A stretch of 38,425 nt of DNA from a virus (lineage: Duplodnaviria; Caudoviricetes). This document shows positions 1 to 6,781 of the stretch, piece by piece; within the stretch, counting starts at the first letter, position 1, and every line of letters starts with the position of its first letter. Below the pieces are notes generated by a model. It did no database searches. It had not been told where the DNA came from and was given only the letters and a program-made list of their open reading frames with translations. Where the stretch lies: positions 1-38,425 of the IMG/VR virus record IMGVR_UViG_3300032335_001346; one strand, written 5' to 3'. The position numbers and the translations under genes are program-made.

Positions 1-1
1 A

Positions 2-199
2 CCAGCTATAATTTTTTGGAATGTTAATGGAATAATTAAAAACATACCTGCAACAATTAATGATAATAATGTTGCTTTAGTATCTGGAGCATCTCCATCA
101 ATTTTAAAATCTGTTTTAAAAGGAAGAGTATTTCCTATTGAAACTTTATTGAATACAATAAATGTTGAAAGATACAAAATAATAGAAAACAAATTTTAA
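2..199 (+). CDS. C-terminal 65 aa (5'-truncated) of a DUF2828-family, Ro60/TROVE-related vWA-domain protein
   Basis: My translation of frame 2: PAIIFWNVNGIIKNIPATINDNNVALVSGASPSILKSVLKGRVFPIETLLNTINVERYKIIENKF*. The pattern P-x-I-x-FWN...P...VALVSG-x-SPS...P...L...ERY matches the DUF2828 C-terminus as I recall it. Absent from the ORF track because no start codon is in the window. Confidence 0.82.
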   Translation, partial: PAIIFWNVNGIIKNIPATINDNNVALVSGASPSILKSVLKGRVFPIETLLNTINVERYKIIENKF

Positions 200-209
200 A
201 TATTTAAAT

Positions 210-340
210 GGCTAGTGTTGTGGGTGAGTGGCTTAAATCACCTAAAGGGAGGTATTAGCCCTGTAAGTTGTCGGCAACAGTGCTCATCGCTACTACTAAG
301 ATTACGCTGTTCGCAGGTTCGAATCCTGCCAACACTAGCT
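210..340 (+). ncRNA. tRNA-like RNA with extended acceptor stem and enlarged central region, no encoded CCA
   Basis: GCTAGTGTTG (211-220) pairs with CAACACTAGC (330-339). Ser/Leu/Tyr-type D arm TGGGTGAGTGGCTTAAATCACC (221-242). Canonical T arm GCAGG-TTCGAAT-CCTGC (313-329). About 70 nt lie between the D and T arms with no canonical anticodon stem. Confidence 0.75.
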
Positions 341-350
341 TTATAAATAT

Positions 351-597
351 TTAACTCGGCACGGGTAAAGATGAGTGCAGAACTACGACTTGCATAATTG
401 CGAAAGCAATGAGTGAAATAACACTAAGTCAGGCTGATCAAGTGTAATGGCAAGCAACACGATCGGCGGCTTCTCAATAAGCGGCAGCAGTAAATTGAGG
501 CGGGCTTCTAGATTACCGCTTAGTAGCTAGAATATGAGTTAGTCTTTCTTGAACAAAAAGGCATCTCAAGACAGTTAGCCTTCTGTAAAAAGGCACT
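351..597 (+). ncRNA. Unclassified highly structured ncRNA
   Basis: GC-enriched non-coding stretch with consecutive stems: 387-392/425-430 enclosing an ATTGC-GAAA-GCAAT GNRA hairpin; 433-439/461-467; 472-478/494-500; 506-516/523-532; 547-552/566-571; 578-582/590-594. TAAGCGG (478-484) is complementary to CCGCTTA (516-522). Confidence 0.68.
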
Positions 598-623
598 ATT
601 ATTAACTTAAATTAAAAAAATAT

Positions 624-1019
624 ATGGACAAAAATTTAATTTTTAAACTATTAGAATTAGCTTTATTAAATGATAAAGAAGACTCAACAAAACAGGAAAA
701 TAAACTTCAAGATATTGGCAATATTTCATTAGTTGGTGATTATGTGATAGTAAGAACATATTCGGCTGGTGTTTGGGCTGGTATTTTAAGAGAAAAAGTA
801 AAAAATGAAGTTTATCTTGCAAATGCAAGAAGGCTTTTTTATTGGTCAAATAATGAAGGAATTTCATTAAGTGGAATTTCATTAAATGGTATAGATTCAA
901 CTAAATCAAAAATATGTGCTCCAGTTGACATAGTTTGGCTTGAAGCAATTGAAATTATACCGTGCACAAATAAAGCTAAAGAGACAATTATTAATCAATT
1001 AATTTATACAAATATATAG
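624..1019 (+). CDS. DUF6948-like conserved phage protein
   Basis: YVIVRTYSAGVWAG...LANARRLFYW...ISLSGIS..G...EAIEIIPCT motif; AAAAAATATATG start context. Confidence 0.75.
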   Translation: MDKNLIFKLLELALLNDKEDSTKQENKLQDIGNISLVGDYVIVRTYSAGVWAGILREKVKNEVYLANARRLFYWSNNEGISLSGISLNGIDSTKSKICAPVDIVWLEAIEIIPCTNKAKETIINQLIYTNI

Positions 1020-1020
1020 A

Positions 1021-1314
1021 ATGAGTTATTTAGATAGATATATAAATTTAAGAAGCGGAAACGGATACGGACACGGAAACGGACACGGAGACGGACACGG
1101 ACACGGAAGCGGAAGCGGAAACGGACACGGAGACGGACACGGAAACGGATACGGAGACGGAAACGGATACGGAGACGGAAGCGGAGACGGACACGGAAAC
1201 GGATACGGAGACGGAAGAGGAAACGGAAACGGAAACGGAAGCGGAAGCGGAGGCGGAAACGGACACGGAAGCGGAAGCGGAGGCGGAAACGGAAGCGGAG
1301 GCGGAAACGGCTAA
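1021..1314 (+). CDS. Glycine-rich (G-x)n low-complexity protein
   Basis: GNGYGHG/GDG/GSG repeats. Starts 1 nt after the DUF6948-like stop, a pairing I recall from other phages. Confidence 0.65.
   Translation: MSYLDRYINLRSGNGYGHGNGHGDGHGHGSGSGNGHGDGHGNGYGDGNGYGDGSGDGHGNGYGDGRGNGNGNGSGSGGGNGHGSGSGGGNGSGGGNG
1054..1311 (+). repeat. Degenerate hexamer tandem array GGANRC (GGAAAC/GGACAC/GGAGAC/GGATAC/GGAAGC/GGAGGC)
   Basis: Directly visible, about 43 units. Confidence 0.95.
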
Positions 1315-1362
1315 TTAAATTACACCACAAAAAACCTAAAATATTAACTTAAGTAAAAATAT

Positions 1363-1509
1363 ATGTTTATAAATTTATTACAAATTTTATTTATTGCTAC
1401 CATATTTTGCATTATAGCAAGTTTGCCATCTTTATTATTTATTAAAGCTTGCAAAAACACCAACATAAAAGACCCGAATAATTATTGTATAGGAATTAGA
1501 AACAAATAA
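1363..1509 (+). CDS. Small membrane peptide (48 aa)
   Basis: MFINLLQILFIATIFCIIASLPSLLFIKACK...; preceded by the genome's AAAAATATATG leader. Confidence 0.55.
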   Translation: MFINLLQILFIATIFCIIASLPSLLFIKACKNTNIKDPNNYCIGIRNK

Positions 1510-1556
1510 AAAATATATGAAAACATTAAAAGAAATACAAGAATTTAGAAAAAAGA

Positions 1557-1862
1557 ATGACTAAAACAACAAATTTTGAAATATCAAAAAAATTAAGAGA
1601 AATTGGGTTTAAAGCTGAAACATCAACATCAGTAATATTAGAAAAAATTAAAAAACTCGATTATATCGAGGGCAAAAACCTTTCAGTAATTGCCAAAAAA
1701 TATAATTTTAAAAAGCAATTGTTTATAAATATTGCTTACAAAATCAGGGATGCTAATTTAAATGGTGCCAAAAAGAATCAGTTTAGCGACTTTTTGTTTA
1801 TTGGCGGTGATTTTATTAGCATTTATTATAAGCGGGGGGTTAAAATAAAAGAACTATTCTAA
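1557..1862 (+). CDS. Hypothetical phage protein
   Basis: ORF track; the N-terminus TNFEISKKLREIGF is typical of small phage proteins. Confidence 0.55.
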   Translation: MTKTTNFEISKKLREIGFKAETSTSVILEKIKKLDYIEGKNLSVIAKKYNFKKQLFINIAYKIRDANLNGAKKNQFSDFLFIGGDFISIYYKRGVKIKELF

Positions 1863-1914
1863 AAGAATTACATCACAACAAATCCAAATAATATTAACTA
1901 AATAAAAAAAATAT

Positions 1915-2472
1915 ATGAAAGAAAATGAAAAAACACATTGGTTATCTAACCAAAACAAAAACTATCTCGGGCACTTTGATTTACCAAGTGGTCAAGATCA
2001 AATTTTAACCATCCATACTGCTCAATGGGAAGCGGTAGAAAATCCAAGAACTAAAGTAAAACAAGAAAAAAGAGTTATTCGTTTTGTCGAAAATTATCCT
2101 TGGGTTAAACCTTTTATTTGTAATGAAACTAATGCCAAAACAATATATACAATTTCAAAAAAAGCTTACATGGAAGATTGCGGGGGTTTAAAAATTAAAC
2201 TTGGTATAGATAAAACCAAGATGAAAGGCGAGGAAGTAGATTGTATAAGAATTAGAAATGTTAATGTAAATGATCACAAAATTACTTTAGAACAAGTTCA
2301 AAAAGTGTACGATCTTTGTAATCAAAAAAATACTCCAATTGAAAAAATATTAAGTGCTTATAAAATTGGAACTTTAGAAGATTTATCTAGTGCAAAATTT
2401 GATCAAGTTATAAAAACACTTAGCAATAAACCAGATGCGGCAAAAGAGGAGGTGGTAAATGCAAATAATTAA
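1915..2472 (+). CDS. Putative single-strand annealing / ssDNA-binding protein partnering the exonuclease
   Basis: THW...NYLG..DL...ILTI...KP.I.N.TN.KTI...CIRIR core with an ERF-like helical C-terminus (ITLEQ...LEDL...F). Overlaps the YqaJ-like gene start. Confidence 0.55.
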   Translation: MKENEKTHWLSNQNKNYLGHFDLPSGQDQILTIHTAQWEAVENPRTKVKQEKRVIRFVENYPWVKPFICNETNAKTIYTISKKAYMEDCGGLKIKLGIDKTKMKGEEVDCIRIRNVNVNDHKITLEQVQKVYDLCNQKNTPIEKILSAYKIGTLEDLSSAKFDQVIKTLSNKPDAAKEEVVNANN

Positions 2473-3073
2473 AGGTATTGAACAAGGTAGCGATGAATGG
2501 CTACAATTAAGATTAGGGGTTGCAACAGCCTCTAATTTTGATAAAATTATTACTTCAACTGGTAAAGAATCAGCTACTCTTGATAAATATGCTTTACAGT
2601 TAGCTACTGAACAAATGCTAATTGCTCCTGAACCTAGTTATAAAAATGATGCTATGATTAGGGGTAATGACTTAGAAGAGCTAGCAAGAGAAATTTATCA
2701 AGAGCAAACTTTTAATGTTGTTGATCAAATAACAATGTTCAAAAGTGATTGTGGTAATTTTGGGTTTTCTCCAGATGGTTTAGTTGGTAATGATGGATTA
2801 ATTGAAATTAAATGCCCATTAGCTACAACCCATTTCAAATATTTACTTGATAATAAAATGCCAAGTGATTATATCCAGCAGATTCAAACTGGTCTTTGGA
2901 TTAGTGGTAGAAAATGGTGCGATTTTGTTTCATATCATCCTAACTTTAAAGATAAACAACTTTTTATTATTCGAGTCGAAAGAGACGAAGAATATATTAT
3001 AAAGTTAGCGGAATTAGCAAATAAAGTTATTTTGCTAAGGAATGAATATTTAAAACAATTGGAGGAAAAATAA
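2459..3073 (+). CDS. YqaJ / lambda-exonuclease-family recombination nuclease
   Basis: EQGSDEWL..RLG..TAS, AM.RG..LE, SPDGLV, IEIKCP, Q.Q, WCDFVSY motifs; upstream GAGGAGG. Confidence 0.95.
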   Translation: MQIIKGIEQGSDEWLQLRLGVATASNFDKIITSTGKESATLDKYALQLATEQMLIAPEPSYKNDAMIRGNDLEELAREIYQEQTFNVVDQITMFKSDCGNFGFSPDGLVGNDGLIEIKCPLATTHFKYLLDNKMPSDYIQQIQTGLWISGRKWCDFVSYHPNFKDKQLFIIRVERDEEYIIKLAELANKVILLRNEYLKQLEEK

Positions 3074-3324
3074 TGAGTAAAAATAAATTTATGTTACAAT
3101 TAAGTGATGAATTTGATCAGTTAGATCCAATATTTATCGAAAGTTCTCTTGATTTAACTGATTATCATAATCATTTCGATTTTTTAGATAAAGTGCTAAT
3201 TAAGCTGGAATTTAGCGAGAATATGGAATTTTTTTGGTTACACGGGAAAATTGAAATATACAATATAACTAATGAGTCAGTTTTTATAAAAGAGGAAGAA
3301 ATTTTAAAACAATTGGAGGGCTAA
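3073..3324 (+). CDS. Hypothetical protein
   Basis: TAATG coupling, GGAGG RBS; flanked by 17-bp direct repeats. Confidence 0.6.
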   Translation: MSKNKFMLQLSDEFDQLDPIFIESSLDLTDYHNHFDFLDKVLIKLEFSENMEFFWLHGKIEIYNITNESVFIKEEEILKQLEG

Positions 3325-3326
3325 AA

Positions 3327-3596
3327 ATGACTGAAAACCATAGAATATTTATTTTCCAAAGTAAAAAAAAATCTATTATTGGAAGATTTTTAGACAAATT
3401 AAGCTTATTTATTTGTTTAGCTTTATCATTTTATTTCAACTATAAGTTTATAGGAGGAAATGATTTTTTTGATGTAATTATTTTTATTTCATTTTTCATG
3501 TTTATTATATCAATAATGAATTCAGACTATAATACTTACTATAATGTAAGTGAAAACCAATTACAAGAAATTAAAAAAATATTAAATAATAAATGA
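3327..3596 (+). CDS. Small two-TM membrane protein
   Basis: Two hydrophobic segments; GGAGG RBS. Confidence 0.65.
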   Translation: MTENHRIFIFQSKKKSIIGRFLDKLSLFICLALSFYFNYKFIGGNDFFDVIIFISFFMFIISIMNSDYNTYYNVSENQLQEIKKILNNK

Positions 3597-3644
3597 AATT
3601 TATATTCACAAAAAAAGACGATCAACAATAAAATAAAAAGTAAT

Positions 3645-4046
3645 ATGGATTGTAAAAACTTAAATCTTGAAGAGCTTTTGAAAAAATCAAAAGAGTTTGA
3701 TAAAATTTCAAAAGAGTTAGAACATTGTAAAAAAACATATACAGAAAATTTTAATGAGCTTAAATTATTTTTAGAAAAAAATAATTTAAAATTCGTGTAT
3801 AAAGAAGATTTTGTAGACACAGTAATATCAACTATAAGACATTTACTTGATTCTAATCATCAAGGAGTTCTTCTTGCGCAAGAAAGAAAAAGATATAATC
3901 AAGAATTTAAAGAGGTTATGCAAAATTTTGAACGCTCTATGGAGGAAAGGGAAAAAGAATTAATCGAAGCTTGGGAAAAGTTCAGAGTAATTTCTACTAA
4001 AAAATATAAGAAAACTTTAGAGGAAATAAACAATGAAGACATATAA
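3645..4046 (+). CDS. Hypothetical coiled-coil protein
   Basis: ORF track; co-oriented with neighbours. Confidence 0.6.
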   Translation: MDCKNLNLEELLKKSKEFDKISKELEHCKKTYTENFNELKLFLEKNNLKFVYKEDFVDTVISTIRHLLDSNHQGVLLAQERKRYNQEFKEVMQNFERSMEEREKELIEAWEKFRVISTKKYKKTLEEINNEDI

Positions 4047-4308
4047 AAGACATTGTGAATTAATTCAAGATATGTTGGAACATATTAGTCCAACTTATTT
4101 TGTCATTTTTGGGAAGAGAAAATGGAATATAAACGGTTTTAAATTTAAACCAATTTTATATAATAAAAGATATGAAGAGAAAAATTATAAATTTGAAGCT
4201 GATGCAATGGAAATTCGTCAAAATATACTAGTTTATGAAAACTGTATATTAGATAGATTTGTAGTTAAAAAATTATCAATTAAATTAAATCAAAATGAAA
4301 AACAATAA
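4033..4308 (+). CDS. Hypothetical protein
   Basis: ORF track; overlaps both neighbours; GAGG RBS. Confidence 0.55.
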   Translation: MKTYKRHCELIQDMLEHISPTYFVIFGKRKWNINGFKFKPILYNKRYEEKNYKFEADAMEIRQNILVYENCILDRFVVKKLSIKLNQNEKQ

Positions 4309-4651
4309 CAATAACAAACTGAATTGGGCTAGCTTATTTACAAATAAAAACGGTGGTAAACCATTATATAAAAATGGAGAACCTATCTTAGATAAAGAAG
4401 GATTAAATGTATTAGCTGCTAATTTTCAATGTATACTAAATGTTAAAGAACCATTGCCTACTGGTGAATACGTAATTCAGTTTAGGGAAAAAATGTCTCA
4501 ATCAGGTAATTTATATTATGGCGGAGCAATTAAATTAAAAGAACAAGAAAACAAGCCTAATCAACATCAAGATTATCAGCCAGATACAAGGGGATTAGTC
4601 AAACCTGTTATTGAGGATCAAGAGATTATTGATGATACAGTCCCATTTTGA
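4295..4651 (+). CDS. Putative SSB-like protein with acidic DDxxPF tail
   Basis: Beta-rich core, disordered linker and C-terminal IIDDTVPF resembling the SSB-Ct motif DDDIPF; lies in the recombination module. Confidence 0.6.
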   Translation: MKNNNNNKLNWASLFTNKNGGKPLYKNGEPILDKEGLNVLAANFQCILNVKEPLPTGEYVIQFREKMSQSGNLYYGGAIKLKEQENKPNQHQDYQPDTRGLVKPVIEDQEIIDDTVPF

Positions 4652-4676
4652 TTAATAAAATTAGAAAATAAAAAAT

Positions 4677-5210
4677 ATGAAAGATAAAATTAAAAAATTA
4701 TACCAAGAATTAAAAAAAGAAATTAATTTATTTTATAATGAAAGAAATTTAAAAGAAAATCTGTTTGTACATGAAACAATAGCAAGATGCTTAGATGGAG
4801 ACTTTTTAGATCTTTCATTGCGAATAGATAAAGTAAATTATCCATTATTTAAGGAACAACCTTTATCTAATATTTTAGATAATATAGAACTTAAAAATGA
4901 AAAAATTTTTGATTTAACAAATAAAGTTTTACCATTAACAGAAACAAAATATAATAGTAAAAGAGATATTATAGTCATACATAGCTCGGATCTTTTAGAA
5001 AGCATAAGACGTATAACATATTTGTCTCAATCTCCTGCTCTGCTTGATTATAAGATTGGAGATAACAAACGAAAAGCTAAAAAATGTAAATTATTATTTT
5101 TACAAACTAAAGATGATGAATATTTAGATATTTACAAATATCATTTTAATGAGTTTAAAAATCTAATGGAAATTAAAAAGTGCATAAAAACAATAATTAA
5201 TAACAAATAG
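4677..5210 (+). CDS. Hypothetical protein
   Basis: ORF track; flanked by 18-bp direct repeats. Confidence 0.6.
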   Translation: MKDKIKKLYQELKKEINLFYNERNLKENLFVHETIARCLDGDFLDLSLRIDKVNYPLFKEQPLSNILDNIELKNEKIFDLTNKVLPLTETKYNSKRDIIVIHSSDLLESIRRITYLSQSPALLDYKIGDNKRKAKKCKLLFLQTKDDEYLDIYKYHFNEFKNLMEIKKCIKTIINNK

Positions 5211-5266
5211 GAGAAAAAATGATTTATTTATTTACTTTTAATTAATAAAATTAGAAAAAAAATAAT

Positions 5267-5623
5267 ATGAACTTTTATAGAAAAAAAGGCAGTAAATATA
5301 AAAATGTTAAGACCAAAGATGGTTTTGATAGCAAGAAAGAAAGAAAGCGGTTTTTAGAGCTTGAGATGTTGCAGAAGGCGGGAGTTATTAAGTGTTTACA
5401 AAAACAAACTCCTTTTGAATTATTACCCACGTTTAAAGATAAACAAGGCAACACAGAAAGGGGAATTAAATATATTGCTGATTTTGTTTATTATGATAAT
5501 GAAAAAAACACTTTAGTAATCGAAGATGTTAAATCTCCAATTACTAGAGAATTGTCAACTTATGTGATCAAAAGAAAATTGATTAAAAAGTTTTATCCTG
5601 ATTATTTATTTTTAGAGGTGTAA
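5267..5623 (+). CDS. DUF1064-family PD-(D/E)xK nuclease
   Basis: SKYKN.KT..GFDSKKE..R..EL...Q..FEL.P...I.Y.ADFVY...IEDVK. Confidence 0.9.
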   Translation: MNFYRKKGSKYKNVKTKDGFDSKKERKRFLELEMLQKAGVIKCLQKQTPFELLPTFKDKQGNTERGIKYIADFVYYDNEKNTLVIEDVKSPITRELSTYVIKRKLIKKFYPDYLFLEV

Positions 5624-5624
5624 A

Positions 5625-6593
5625 ATGATCAAAGTTTTATCTTTATTCGACGGAATTTCTGGCGCTAGACAAGCATTAAAAGAACTTAATATTGATTGTG
5701 AGTATTATGCTAGCGAGATTGATAGATATGCAATTCAAGTAGCTAAAAATAATCACCCTGATATTATTCATATTGGTGATGTTAAGGGAATTGAATTTGA
5801 AGATGGTTATATTTTTTATAATCAAAATAATGATCCTATGAAAAACGGAGGTAGTTTTAAAAATAATATCGATTTGTTGATTGGTGGGAGTCCTTGTCAA
5901 GATTTATCTATTGCAAAAAAAGATAGAAAAGGGCTTAACGGAGAAAGAAGTAGTTTATTTTATGAATATCTAAGAATTTTAAATGGAGCAAAACCAAAAT
6001 ATTTTATCCTAGAAAATGTAAATTCAATGAAAAAAGAATGGAGAGATAAAATTAGTAAATTGTTAGGAGTTGAGCCAATTATGATTAATTCTGCTTTGTT
6101 GACAGCTCAAATGAGAAAAAGATTATATTGGACAAATATTCCAAATATTCAACAACCACAAGACAAAAACGTTGTTTTAAAAGACATTATCGAAAGTGGA
6201 GACACTGAAAGGCTTAAATCTTATTGTATAACTGCAACTTATTCAAGAGCCTGTCCAGAAGACTATTTTAATCATGGGCAAAGGCAATTGATTTTTAAAA
6301 AACCAGTTAGAGTTGGACATTTTAATAAAGGTGGACAAGGAGATAGAATTTATAGCTCAAATGGTAAATCAATTTGTCTTAGTGCAAATGGAGGAGGAAG
6401 AGGGGCAAAAACAGGCTTATATGAAATAAAAGATTTAGTTAGAAAACTTACTCCTAACGAATGTGCTAGACTTCAAGGATTTCCAGATAATTATTGTCAA
6501 GGAATTAGCAACACTCAAGCTTATAAATGTTTTGGTAATAGTTTTACAGTGCCTGTTATCAAACATATTTTACAACAATTAAATTTATTTTAA
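5625..6593 (+). CDS. DNA (cytosine-5) methyltransferase, orphan
   Basis: Motifs SLFDGISG, GGSPCQ, ENV, QxRxR, RKLTP.EC.RLQGFP, GNS. Confidence 0.96.
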   Translation: MIKVLSLFDGISGARQALKELNIDCEYYASEIDRYAIQVAKNNHPDIIHIGDVKGIEFEDGYIFYNQNNDPMKNGGSFKNNIDLLIGGSPCQDLSIAKKDRKGLNGERSSLFYEYLRILNGAKPKYFILENVNSMKKEWRDKISKLLGVEPIMINSALLTAQMRKRLYWTNIPNIQQPQDKNVVLKDIIESGDTERLKSYCITATYSRACPEDYFNHGQRQLIFKKPVRVGHFNKGGQGDRIYSSNGKSICLSANGGGRGAKTGLYEIKDLVRKLTPNECARLQGFPDNYCQGISNTQAYKCFGNSFTVPVIKHILQQLNLF

Positions 6594-6773
6594 ATGCTTA
6601 CAACAATTTACATACTCATTTTTTTAATTCCTATTTTCAGTTGCTTAGCAGTAAGTAGTAAGGGGGATGTTAAAGAGAATTATGAAGATATGGTGGAATT
6701 GTTGGTTTTAGTTCTATTTGTAATGCTAGCAAGTTTATTTTTAGATAAATATGTTTTTAATAACTTTATGTAA
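6594..6773 (+). CDS. Small two-TM membrane protein (59 aa)
   Basis: ATG immediately follows the methylase stop; MLTTIYILIFLIPIFSCLAV...LLVLVLFVMLASLFL. Confidence 0.55.
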   Translation: MLTTIYILIFLIPIFSCLAVSSKGDVKENYEDMVELLVLVLFVMLASLFLDKYVFNNFM

Positions 6774-6781
6774 TAATGAAA

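Noticed and set aside
210-340. Functional tRNA-Tyr/Ser or tmRNA call
   Set aside because: No canonical anticodon stem-loop, no CCA, no G3-U70 alanine identity, and too short for a tmRNA tag region; kept as tRNA-like ncRNA.
351-597. Group I intron, c-di-GMP riboswitch or hammerhead ribozyme
   Set aside because: I could not find a P7 core pairing, the GEMM consensus or a CUGAUGA/GAAA core in the right arrangement.
1054-1311. Possible CRISPR array or DGR repeat
   Set aside because: Simple hexamer microsatellite with no spacers; no cas or reverse transcriptase gene in the window.
1004-1330. Minus-strand RF/RV- and SV-repeat ORFs (1004-1330, 1048-1266)
   Set aside because: Shadow frames of the GGANRC hexamer array; the + strand Gly-rich frame fits the operon.
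1517-1564. 15-aa ORF MKTLKEIQEFRKKND with a typical leader
   Set aside because: Too short to support; may be a truncated remnant or a coupling peptide.
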